A stretch of 64,000 nucleotides of DNA, from assembly GCA_036000965.1 (NCBI GenBank), contig DASYUT010000078.1:8837-72836 (forward strand). Reading direction: 5' to 3'. This DNA comes from Actinomycetes bacterium (GTDB lineage: Bacteria > Actinomycetota > CALGFH01). The notes below the pieces were generated by a model, which made no database searches, was not told where the DNA came from, and saw only the letters and a list, made by a program, of their open reading frames with translations. Below, piece by piece: positions 17,019 to 25,391 of the stretch. The first letter of the stretch is position 1, and every line of letters begins with the position of its first letter. Position numbers and translations under genes: made by a program.

Positions 17019-17703
17019 AATGTTTGGCGCCGAAGCTTTTCCAAACGTACGTTCGCTTGACCTGCTCTGACCTGCGGAACGACAAGTTACTGACGAGTAG
17101 CGCCATTCTGCGGGCGAGGTGGCGCCCAGGTCCTAGACCATGCGACCGCACCTGTGCGAGCCGCCACGGCGCTCCTGGGGGCCACGCTGGAACCGGGCAA
17201 CGCATGAAAATGCAGCAATCGTCGCAACGCGCGGTGCCGGCCAATCCGGGCAGAACCTCAGCAGATTCTGCTGAGATTCTGCCCGATTTGTCTCGTACGG
17301 ACCGTCAGACCCGTGCTCAGGCTGCCAAGGCGACCGGCTACAGGTACTCAGAGGTCGAGCCCACCGAGGGCGTCGGACATGGCCTCAGTCTGTAGCTGCG
17401 CGAGTTCTTTCAGGGCCATCTCGATCCGGTGCTGTACATTGTCAAGCTCGGCTCATTCTGCCTCCGCCCACCCTTGCAGTTGTGGAACGCGACTCGGGTC
17501 AAAGGTTCTGCCTGGCTTCGTGGACGGCATGACCACGATAGTCCCGAACATCATCTTCACGATGTTGCGTTGAGCGGTTCGGGCGGTTGCAACATCCGAA
17601 AGCGAGCGCTACCCTGCGCAAGGCGCAGGGCCGACCACAGGGGTAGCCCGCTCGACAGGTAATGGATACGAGACCCCATATTGGTTTCGTACGTGGAGTT
17701 TCC

Positions 17704-17841
17704 ATGCCTGTTGCTGACGAAGATACCGCGCTTGCCGAGCGTGTGCGCGCTGAATGTGCCGAGCAGGGTATTCCCGAAAAAGTTGAAGACCCTGCCATCC
17801 TTGCCAACGTCTGGACGCTCGCGTTTGCTGGCTCAGAGTAA
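17704..17841 (+). CDS. Possible 45-aa ORF (MPVADEDTALAERVRAECAEQGIPEKVEDPAILANVWTLAFAGSE)
   Basis: Read by hand. GGAG lies 6 nt upstream. Convergent with and slightly overlapping the 17833-18063 ORF. Confidence 0.3.
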   Translation: MPVADEDTALAERVRAECAEQGIPEKVEDPAILANVWTLAFAGSE

Positions 17842-18063
17842 AGCGTCGAGGGTGTCGGTGATCTCGTCTCGGGCGCGCTCAATTGCTTCTGTGACCTCGG
17901 CCCACTGCTCACCACGCTCGCGTTGTGCGTCACCACGCTCGGACTCATCTTCGATGGCCTGAAGCTTCTCAGCGAATGTGTTGGCTTCGTTCTGTAGAAG
18001 TGCGAGTTCCTTGAGTGTGATGCGAAGCGAGTTCCTTAGTCGGCGCTCATCCCAAATGGTCAT
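17833..18063 (-). CDS. 76-aa acidic coiled-coil protein translationally coupled to the recombinase
   Basis: Its ATG overlaps the recombinase stop as ATGA (18060-18063). Heptad-like, Glu/Arg-rich sequence. Confidence 0.5.
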   Translation of the reverse strand: MTIWDERRLRNSLRITLKELALLQNEANTFAEKLQAIEDESERGDAQRERGEQWAEVTEAIERARDEITDTLDALL

Positions 18064-19517
18064 GCCTGCACTCCTGGCTTGTCACGGTACGTGATCTTGA
18101 TGAGGTCCGGATTCGACTGTCCGGAACCAACCGGGCCGGACGGGTGAATGTCAACTCGCTCAATGAGCGCTGCCAGGATCGCCCGCTTGCGATCTAAGCT
18201 CAAGTCAGGCCAAACAGTCGGCAGGTTCGGCGGAATCCTCGTGAGCACGCGCGTCCCCTGCACCGTGCCAAGCTTGCCTCTCACGCGCTCCTGCGAACGT
18301 TCATACTCGCCACGCTTGCGCTTGGCCGTTGGTGGCGAGATCAACTCGTCGGCAATTTTGTCTTCAAGTCGGTCAATGAGTCCCTGTAGCCGCGCGAGTT
18401 CCGCATAGAGCGCGCTTGTTGGGTCGGCTGGTGTCTGGGCACCATTAGCAGCCTGCTCCGATGCCGTAGAATCCAACCGATAGAAGATGCGCTTCTCGAC
18501 TTCGGTGTCAACAAAGCTGACCAGTCGCGTGAGTCGCGGCAGTCTGGCGTCCGGTGCCCAATTGTCACAGCGGTAGTACTTGGCATCGTCGCCGCCGTGG
18601 TAGTAGGCGCGCATCCTGTGGCCGCACACACCACAGTAGATGAGTCCCGTCAGCAAATACGCTGGGCCACGGCCACGGGTGACGACTCGTGAGGGATCAG
18701 TCAGCAGTCCAACAACTGCCTTCCAGTCGTCAACGTCAACGACTGGCTTCCATGTGGCCAGGTAGGTGTCGCCGTTGTGGACTCGTCGGCCGACAAGGGC
18801 CGGCGACATGACAACTCGGCGCAGTGATGCTCTTGTCCACTCGTCACCGGTTGCCGTTTTGATCTTGCGTGTATTCCAGTCTTGTACGATGCCGCGCACC
18901 GTGTCACCAGCGAGCAGGCGCCGGATCGCCTCACGGATCTGTTCTTGTTCCTCAAGGACTCGGCGCATTGGGACGGCGTTACCTGCAACGATGCTGCCGT
19001 CTTTGGCCTTCACCCACTTCTGAAAGCCGAAGTGTCGTGGGCTGCCCACGTGCGGTTGCCCGTTCTGTGCTGCCTGCAACCGCTGGCGCCGAAGACGCTT
19101 GGACATCTTCTCAACTTCCGCCTCCGCAAAGCGCACTTTGAAGTACCACATGGTGAGCTGGTCCGGATCGTCCAAGTCGTACTCGGCGTTGGGCGTGGCA
19201 ACCCTGACGTTGTGCTCTCGGCAGATCTCGATAAACTCGGCAAGTTCAAGGATCTGCCGGTGCGCACGGTCTTCCATCCAACACACAACGATCTTTGGGC
19301 CGTCCGGCTTTTGGACGGCGTCAAGCAAGTCAGAATAGCCCTTGCGTTCTTTCTTGCTGAACCGGGATGCGGAAACCTTGTCAGTGAAGATGTCCTCGGG
19401 CGCCACCGTGCCGCCCATCCGATCAGCGATCTTCCTCCCGTCGTCGGCTTGGCGTTCCTGCCAGTCGTCGGTGTCCTTGCCCTTCGACATCCGACGGTAG
19501 ATTGCTGCCCTGGTCAT
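18060..19517 (-). CDS. Large serine recombinase (integrase), 485 aa
   Basis: N-terminal resolvase-type catalytic region (AAIYRRMSKGKD). Recombinase domain. Zn-ribbon CGVCGHRMRAYYHGG..YYRCDNW. C-terminal coiled coil. Start at ATG 19517 after GGAAGGTGA; the 94-aa upstream extension in the ORF track runs into host DNA and was rejected. Confidence 0.92.
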   Translation of the reverse strand: MTRAAIYRRMSKGKDTDDWQERQADDGRKIADRMGGTVAPEDIFTDKVSASRFSKKERKGYSDLLDAVQKPDGPKIVVCWMEDRAHRQILELAEFIEICREHNVRVATPNAEYDLDDPDQLTMWYFKVRFAEAEVEKMSKRLRRQRLQAAQNGQPHVGSPRHFGFQKWVKAKDGSIVAGNAVPMRRVLEEQEQIREAIRRLLAGDTVRGIVQDWNTRKIKTATGDEWTRASLRRVVMSPALVGRRVHNGDTYLATWKPVVDVDDWKAVVGLLTDPSRVVTRGRGPAYLLTGLIYCGVCGHRMRAYYHGGDDAKYYRCDNWAPDARLPRLTRLVSFVDTEVEKRIFYRLDSTASEQAANGAQTPADPTSALYAELARLQGLIDRLEDKIADELISPPTAKRKRGEYERSQERVRGKLGTVQGTRVLTRIPPNLPTVWPDLSLDRKRAILAALIERVDIHPSGPVGSGQSNPDLIKITYRDKPGVQA

Positions 19518-19560
19518 ACCATCACCTTCCGGTTGCCGTTCGTCCTGGTCAGCACTGTAG

Positions 19561-20349
19561 CACAATGGCACGCTGGCCTGGTCCTGCGACCACGTCGGGC
19601 CGATCACCAGGGACGTGGCCGACGCCGCTGTGGCGTTCGCGGTGCTGGCTGGCCGGTCTCTGCCGCCGCCTGGCGGCCGGCGCGACGTGGCCGGGCTCCG
19701 CCTCGGCTGGCTGGTTGGGGAGGGGGTCGAGGCGGTCGACCCTGGGGTCGCGAGGGTCATGGGCGAGGTGCGCGCGCGCCTGGCCGCGGCCGGCGCCATG
19801 GTCGACGAGGTGCGGCTGCCGCTGCGCGCGGCCCGGGCCGCGGTCGGTGCAATCGTCCTTCCCGAGCTGGCCGCCGCCCATGCGCGCCTGCTCGCCGAGA
19901 CCGGCGAGGAGGGCTATGGCCCGCCCGTGCTGGCCGCCATCCGGCTCGGCCAGGCCGCGCTGGCCAGCGAGTACCTCGCCGGCCTGCGCTACCGGGGCCG
20001 TTTCTCCGCCCTGGTCGAGGAGGCGCTGTCCGGACGCGACGCTCTGGTCCTGCCGACCGTCCCGGTCCCGGCTCCCCGTCACGAGGAGCACACGGTCGTG
20101 CTCGGTGGAGTGCGCGCCGGCGTCCAGGCCGCCCTCACCGCGCTGCCCGGCTCGTTCAACTGCTCCGGGTCCCCGGTGGTGTCGCTGCCCGCCGGTCTGG
20201 CCTCGCGCGCTGCAGACGAGGTGGCCGGCGGGATGCCGGTCGGCGTCTCCCTGGTCGGGCGGCTCGGCCGGGACGGCGAGCTGCTCGAGACGGCCGCCTC
20301 GGTCGAGGCGGTCCTGCCCGCGCTCGGCCTCCCGCCCGCTTGGGCGTAA
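19561..20349 (+). pseudogene. C-terminal ~260 aa of an amidase-signature amidase, truncated by the element insertion
   Basis: The in-frame translation starts right after TAG 19558-19560. ..SCDHVGPITRDVADAAVAFAVLAG.. matches the conserved mid-protein amidase segment. The N-terminal catalytic half is absent. Confidence 0.8.
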
Positions 20350-20361
20350 CTGCCCAGCCCG

Positions 20362-21195
20362 TTGCTGGTCTGGTTCAATGCGATCCATCGACGGCGGGCG
20401 GCGCGGGAGGGCGACGTGACGAACGACGGGGACGCGGACCAGACCGAGCCGGTCGAGGACCGGGACGAGAGCACCGAGGTCGTAGAGGTGGTGGAGGAGC
20501 GGCCGGTCCCGCGCACGTCGGCCCGTGGCCCGGTGGCGCCGGTCTCCTGGGCCCGGACGCCGCCGGCCAGGGCGGTCAGGAGCATCGTGCAGCGGGGCGT
20601 GCTGGTCCCGGTCCTTCGCTTCGTCGCGCCGTTCACGGTGATCGGCAAGCGGAACCTCGCGCAGCTCAAGGGGCCGGCGGTGTTCGTGGCCAACCACCAG
20701 AGCCACTTCGACGCCCCGGTCTGCCTGGCCGCGCTTGGCGGCCGGATCCGCCGCCGCCTGGTGATCGCGGCCGCGGCCGACTACTTCTACAGCTCGGCGG
20801 TGAAGGGCGCGGCTGCCTCGCTGGCGCTTGGCACGGTGCCCTTCATCCGCACCGGCGGCGGCAGCCGAGAATCCCTGTCGATGCTCAAGGACCTGGTCGG
20901 CAAGGGGTGGTCGGTGCTGATCTTCCCGTCGGGGACCCGGGGCACGGGCGCCAGCGGCTTCAAGAAGGGATTCGCCTACATCGCGGTCGACGCCCAGGTG
21001 CCGGTCGTCCCGCTCTACCTCCACGGGCTCGACCGGATCATGCCGAAGGGGTCCTTCGTGCCCCTGCCCGGCGGGGTCGCGGTCGGCATCGGCCCGCCCA
21101 TCCCCCCTGGCGACGACTACGCCGAGCTGGTCCGTAAGGCCGAGGCGGGCGTGGCCGAGGCACAGGCGGTCGTCAAGCGCTGGGAAGGGGCGTAA
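20362..21195 (+). CDS. plsC: 1-acyl-sn-glycerol-3-phosphate acyltransferase family protein (start uncertain)
   Basis: NHQSHFD (HX4D) and FPSGTRG acyltransferase motifs. Confidence 0.8.
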   Translation: MLVWFNAIHRRRAAREGDVTNDGDADQTEPVEDRDESTEVVEVVEERPVPRTSARGPVAPVSWARTPPARAVRSIVQRGVLVPVLRFVAPFTVIGKRNLAQLKGPAVFVANHQSHFDAPVCLAALGGRIRRRLVIAAAADYFYSSAVKGAAASLALGTVPFIRTGGGSRESLSMLKDLVGKGWSVLIFPSGTRGTGASGFKKGFAYIAVDAQVPVVPLYLHGLDRIMPKGSFVPLPGGVAVGIGPPIPPGDDYAELVRKAEAGVAEAQAVVKRWEGA

Positions 21196-21203
21196 CCCGC
21201 CCG

Positions 21204-22127
21204 ATGCCCCGCAACCCGTTCGACAACCCCCTGTTCGTCCCCGTCTTCCTCCGGGTCGTCCTGCTGATCGTCATCGGCCTGGCCGGCGTCCTGCTCGCCC
21301 AGCGCCGCTCGTTCACGGTGCTGCGCCGGTCCACCTTCTTCACCCGCACCCGCACCTGGTTCTGGATCGGCCCGCTGTTCCTGATCTGCGTGTACACCGG
21401 CGGGTTCGTGGCCTTCGTGCTGGCCACCTTCGTGGTCATCCAGGGCTTGTCCGAGTTCGTGCGCATGGCGGGCGTCGACCGCCGCTACGCGCTGCTGCTC
21501 ATGCTCTGGTCGGAGGTCGGCCTGCTGGTGGCCGCCCTCGCGCGTGATTACTTCCTGCTGCTCCCGTTCCTGTTCTTCGTGCTGCTCACCCTGCTGCCGG
21601 TCATCACCGGCGAGATCACCGACGCCCGCCGGCAGCTCGGTGACACCCTGTTCGGCTACATCTGGATCGGGCTGCCCATGGCCTACATCGCGTTCGTCAA
21701 AGCGGCCCAGCCGTGGGGGCTCGACTTCCTCGTCATCGTGGCGGTGTCGGTGGCCACGTCCGACATCGCCGCCTACGCGGTCGGGGCGGCCCTCAAGGGA
21801 CCCAAGATGATCCCGAGCATCAACCCGACCAAGACGTGGTCGGGGGCGCTCGGCAACCTGCTCGGAGCGACCGTCGGGGTCGCCCTGCTCGCCATCGCGA
21901 TCCCCGACGAGTGGACCGTCGCCGGCGTGGTTGCGCTCGTCCTCACGATCGCGGTGGGCTGCGCCTGGGGCGACGTCACCGAGAGCTTCGTCAAGCGCAC
22001 GTTCCGGGCGGAGAGCTCCAGCATGATGTTCGGCTTCGGGGGCATCCTGGACCGGGTCGACTCGCTGCTCATCGCCCTCCCCTTGTCCTATTACGCCCTC
22101 ATCCTGGCCAACCAGGTATTCGGGTGA
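21204..22127 (+). CDS. cdsA: Phosphatidate cytidylyltransferase family membrane protein
   Basis: Polytopic membrane protein. C-terminal SFVKRTFRAESSSMMFGFGGILDRVDS resembles the CDS signature, though divergent. Confidence 0.8.
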   Translation: MPRNPFDNPLFVPVFLRVVLLIVIGLAGVLLAQRRSFTVLRRSTFFTRTRTWFWIGPLFLICVYTGGFVAFVLATFVVIQGLSEFVRMAGVDRRYALLLMLWSEVGLLVAALARDYFLLLPFLFFVLLTLLPVITGEITDARRQLGDTLFGYIWIGLPMAYIAFVKAAQPWGLDFLVIVAVSVATSDIAAYAVGAALKGPKMIPSINPTKTWSGALGNLLGATVGVALLAIAIPDEWTVAGVVALVLTIAVGCAWGDVTESFVKRTFRAESSSMMFGFGGILDRVDSLLIALPLSYYALILANQVFG

Positions 22128-22180
22128 GCGCTTGCCGGGGAAGGCGGGCGCTGCCGGGGAAGGCGGGCGCTTGCCGGGGA
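22128..22180. repeat. Tandem ~19-20-bp repeat GCGCT(T)GCCGGGGAAGGCGG, about 2.7 copies
   Basis: Seen directly in the intergenic region after cdsA. Confidence 0.85.
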
Positions 22181-22336
22181 CGCGAGCCGATCCCGGGTGG
22201 GCACTTGACCTGCTGGCTACGAGCGGGCAGATTCGTCGCGGGAGCCCGCCGGCCGGGCGGGTCCTGACGGGAGCGCCACCGCTTGGCGGCGCTCGTGCCG
22301 GCCAGAGCGTCGGCTGGGTCCAGATGGGGTGGCGCC

Positions 22337-23641
22337 GTGCATCATCCGCGCAGGCCGTCCGCGCGCTGCCTGGGCCTGACCGTCCTGCTGGCCGTCCTAC
22401 TGGCGGCCTGCGCCCAGCGGGTGGGCCCGGCCGCCGAGGGCCGGACCCCGGTGCGGGGAGGCGCCAGCGCGTCCCGGGACCCGTCGTGCGTGTCGACCCT
22501 CCGCTTCGACCAGGCCGGCACGGCCAGGTCGAGCGCGAGGCTCCCAGGGGCCGCGTGGCGGGTCAACGGCGAGCTGCCGGTGACCATCCCGGTGACCTCG
22601 GAGGGGGCCGTCTACGGCGGCACCAGCGGGATCCTGCCCGACCAGGGCTGCGTCTTCGCGGCCGACGCGCACACGGGCCGGCTGCGGTGGTCCACCGGGG
22701 GCGGGATCAGCCCCGGGACCTGGCCGCTGGTCGCCGGCGACCGGGTCATCGCCGCGCTGGAAGGCGGCGACCTGGTCGCGCTCGACGCCCGGACCGGCGC
22801 CGTCCGCTGGATCATCGAGACCGGCGGCCTCTGGGAGGTCGGGCCCCTCCTGGCGGGCGGCCTGCTGTACGCGGCGCCCAGCGCGGGGGTGCTGGCTGTC
22901 GATCCGGCCTCCGGGCGGCCACGCTGGCAGATGCGCGGCCCGGTCGGGGCGATGATCGCTGACCGGGACGGCGTGCTGGTGAGCTGGCTCGGGTCCTCCG
23001 GGTCGGTGACCAGCTCCCTCGACCCGGTCACCGGCCGGGAGCGCTGGCGCGCCCCGCTCGACCGGGCCGGCACGAAGGTGGTCGCCCGGGCGTCCGGTAC
23101 GGTCGTGCTCCGTGGCCAGCCCAACGTGCTGTACGGCCTGGAGTCGGGGACCGGGCGCCGGTTGTGGCGGCTGGACGTGCCCGGCGGCGGCTCGACGCCG
23201 GTGGCCGCCGCCCGCGGCCGGGTGCTGCTCCGCTCCGACGACGGCAACGCCTACGCCGTGGACGCAAGGACCGGGCGGGTGGCGTGGCGGACGGCGGTCG
23301 GGTTCGGCGACGACCAGGAGCCCCCCGTGGTGGACGGCACAACCGTCTACCTCGGCGGCTCCTCCGCGATCACGAGCTATCTCTGGGCCCTCGACGTCGA
23401 CACCGGCCGGGTGCGGTGGCGCCTGGACACCGAGGCGCCGGTCGGGACCCGGCCGCTGGTGTACGGCGAGCTGGTGCTGGCCGGTGACGCCGCCACCTGG
23501 GTGTACGCGGTTGACCGGCGCACGGGCCGGCTGCGCCACCAGTATGCCGCCGGCGGTGTCGTGGACCAGCGGCTCACCGTCGACCAGGGCTGGCTGTTCG
23601 CCCGCGTAGACGGCAAGGGGCTCACCGGCATCCCGATGTAG
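22337..23641 (+). CDS. PQQ-like beta-propeller repeat lipoprotein
   Basis: Lipobox LLAAC after a hydrophobic signal. Repeated ..A(L/V)D..TG..(R)W.. blades (ALDARTGAVRW, AVDARTGRVAW, ALDVDTGRVRW, AVDRRTGRL). Start at GTG 22337 is tentative. Confidence 0.8.
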   Translation: MHHPRRPSARCLGLTVLLAVLLAACAQRVGPAAEGRTPVRGGASASRDPSCVSTLRFDQAGTARSSARLPGAAWRVNGELPVTIPVTSEGAVYGGTSGILPDQGCVFAADAHTGRLRWSTGGGISPGTWPLVAGDRVIAALEGGDLVALDARTGAVRWIIETGGLWEVGPLLAGGLLYAAPSAGVLAVDPASGRPRWQMRGPVGAMIADRDGVLVSWLGSSGSVTSSLDPVTGRERWRAPLDRAGTKVVARASGTVVLRGQPNVLYGLESGTGRRLWRLDVPGGGSTPVAAARGRVLLRSDDGNAYAVDARTGRVAWRTAVGFGDDQEPPVVDGTTVYLGGSSAITSYLWALDVDTGRVRWRLDTEAPVGTRPLVYGELVLAGDAATWVYAVDRRTGRLRHQYAAGGVVDQRLTVDQGWLFARVDGKGLTGIPM

Positions 23642-23752
23642 GGCGGCCCGCGGCCCGCCGCCCGCCGCCCGCCGACCGGCAGCCCGCGCGCGCTGGTACG
23701 ATCGCGCCGCCCGTTCGGCAGGACCCGCACTTCCCCGCAGCCGGAGGCGACC

Positions 23753-24157
23753 ATGAAGAGCGTCGAGCTCGAGGTCGAGAGCAGGGGCAGGCATGTGCTC
23801 GATCTGACCGACCGGGTGGCCGCGTTCGCCGCCGACGTGGGCGGGGACGGGTTGCTGCACGTGTTCGTTCCCCACGCCACCGCCGGTCTGGTCGTGATGG
23901 AGACCGGGGCGGGCTCAGAGGAGGACCTTGAGGAGGCGCTCGGCCGCCTGCTGCCCAGGGACGACCGTTACGTCCACCGGCACGGCAGCCGCGGGCACGG
24001 CGCCGACCATCTGCTCCCGCTGCTGGCCGGCCCCTCGCTGGGCGTGCCGGTGCAGGGCGGCCGGCTCACCCTGGGCACCTGGCAACGGATCTGCCTGCTC
24101 GACCTCAACGACGACAACCCGAGGCGCAGGGTACGGCTGTCCTTCCTGGCTGGGTAG
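23753..24157 (+). CDS. YjbQ/UPF0047 family protein (secondary thiamine-phosphate synthase-like)
   Basis: Typical length and motifs: LLHVFVPHATAGL..E, HLLP..GPSL.VPV.GG.L.LGTWQ.I.LLD. GGAGG RBS. Confidence 0.88.
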   Translation: MKSVELEVESRGRHVLDLTDRVAAFAADVGGDGLLHVFVPHATAGLVVMETGAGSEEDLEEALGRLLPRDDRYVHRHGSRGHGADHLLPLLAGPSLGVPVQGGRLTLGTWQRICLLDLNDDNPRRRVRLSFLAG

Positions 24158-24274
24158 CCGGCCCGGGCTTCGGGGTAGCCGGGCCCGGGAGCCGCGTCGC
24201 ATGGCCGTGCGATACTTCCCCCGCCGTGGGCCGGTCCCGGCCTCGGCGTCGACAGCGCGGAAAGGATCGCGGCG

Positions 24275-24487
24275 ATGACCGCTCCCGAGCAGCACGAGAT
24301 GATCTTGGAGGAGCGCCAGGCGTCCGGCGCCGAGGTGTGGTGGTGTCCGACCTGCGGCCGGCGCATGGTCCTGCGCTGGTTGCCCACGTACGAGAAGCTG
24401 GTCCTGTCCAGAGGCCACGAGCACGCCCTGCACGTCGGTGGCACCGGCGGCCTCTCCATGCGCGGGGTCGTGGCAGCCCCCGCGTAG
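24275..24487 (+). CDS. Hypothetical 70-aa protein with a CPTC motif
   Basis: ORF track only. Codon usage is plausible but there is no further support. Confidence 0.35.
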   Translation: MTAPEQHEMILEERQASGAEVWWCPTCGRRMVLRWLPTYEKLVLSRGHEHALHVGGTGGLSMRGVVAAPA

Positions 24488-24573
24488 TGGCGACCCGGCA
24501 AGGCCTTGCCGGTCGGCGCCGGGCTCCCATGTGGCGACCCGGCAAGGCCTGCCCGGTTGGCGCGGGCTCCCGT
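24487..24573. repeat. Two tandem ~44-bp repeats GTGGCGACCCGGCAAGGCCT(T)GCC(C)GGT.GGCGC.GGGCTCCC.T
   Basis: Seen directly: 24487-24530 and 24531-24573. Confidence 0.9.
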
Positions 24574-24752
24574 GGCATCCCGGGCCGGGGTTTGTGCCCG
24601 AGGATGTATCAGCGCAAGCCCTACGCGGCTCTGATGGGGTGCCGCCGCGCTGACCAACCGACTGGGCCCGTCGACTGGAGCGCGGCCCGGTGGCCACCGA
24701 GCGCCACCGGGGACCAGCGTCCGGCACAGCGCAAGTCGAAAGGAGCTGCGCA

Positions 24753-25199
24753 TTGGCTGACACAGCCTTCGAGGTCCCGGACCCGGCGCACCTGAGCGGG
24801 AAGATGACCGTCGAGGTCTTCGACCCCGAGGACCCGAACACGCCGGTCAACATCATCGAGACCGACGACCCCTGGTACATCCTGGTCAAGTGGGAGCTGG
24901 ACGGGATCGTGGCTCCCTACGTGGGGGGCACCTTCCACGTGCGTGCGTTCCTGGACGACGCGGACGGCGTGGCTGCCTCCTCCGGTCAGGTCGGCGCCAC
25001 CCAGGACGTCCCTGCGGGCCCGTTCGTGCTGCCACTTCCCCGCCGGTATCAGGCCAGGATCGACGTCGCCGCCGGCGCCGTGCAGCCCGGCCTCTACCAG
25101 CTCGTCACATCCATCAACTACGACAACGGCCAGAAGCTGTCGCTGGCAGCCTTCGCTGAGACCGGCATCATGCAGTTCTACGTGAAGGACGACGCCTGA
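24753..25199 (+). CDS. Hypothetical protein, 148 aa (TTG start after AAAGGAG)
   Basis: Frame from the ORF track (24690-25199). Start moved to TTG 24753, 8 nt after AAAGGAG. No recognised domain. Confidence 0.5.
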   Translation: MADTAFEVPDPAHLSGKMTVEVFDPEDPNTPVNIIETDDPWYILVKWELDGIVAPYVGGTFHVRAFLDDADGVAASSGQVGATQDVPAGPFVLPLPRRYQARIDVAAGAVQPGLYQLVTSINYDNGQKLSLAAFAETGIMQFYVKDDA

Positions 25200-25391
25200 G
25201 CAGCAGCTCCGAAGTCCTGCTCGTACCTTGACGGGGAGGCCTTGGTCGCTGACCTCGGTTACGAGCGGAACTTCTGGTGACGTGCCCGGCCGGGACACGG
25301 CCCGGCCGACGCCATCCGAGTCTGGCCTCACTCGACCCTGGCCCCCGCCGGCCCGCCGGCGGGGGCCAGCACGCGTCCGTACCATCTGCGC

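Larger units (their letters stand above)
1..19560. mobile_element. Integrated phage-like element (right-hand portion; left end outside window)
   Basis: Abrupt compositional switch near 19.55 kb: AT-richer with GGAGG-type RBS to the left, GC-saturated codons to the right. Contains a serine recombinase, Xis-like HTH, primase/helicase-like gene, tape measure, tail-completion-like gene and methyltransferase. Abuts a truncated amidase ORF. Confidence 0.85.

Noticed and set aside
16835-17395. 186-aa ORF in the integrase-proximal region
   Set aside because: Arg/Ser/Thr-rich with no RBS, and it simply reads through the iteron array and palindromes.
19518-19799. 94-aa N-terminal extension of the recombinase ORF (MAPAAARRARTSP...)
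   Set aside because: It crosses the compositional junction into host DNA. The internal ATG 19517 has a strong SD and starts the canonical resolvase-type N-terminus.
18882-21137. 751-aa plus-strand ORF, and the 491-aa minus ORF at 19549-21024
   Set aside because: Arg/Gly/Pro-rich translations typical of off-frame reading in ~70 % GC DNA. They overlap the well-supported recombinase, amidase fragment and acyltransferase frames.
22397-23875. 492-aa minus ORF antisense to the PQQ-propeller gene
   Set aside because: Low-complexity Arg/Pro/Gly content, and the opposite strand has clear repeat-blade motifs.
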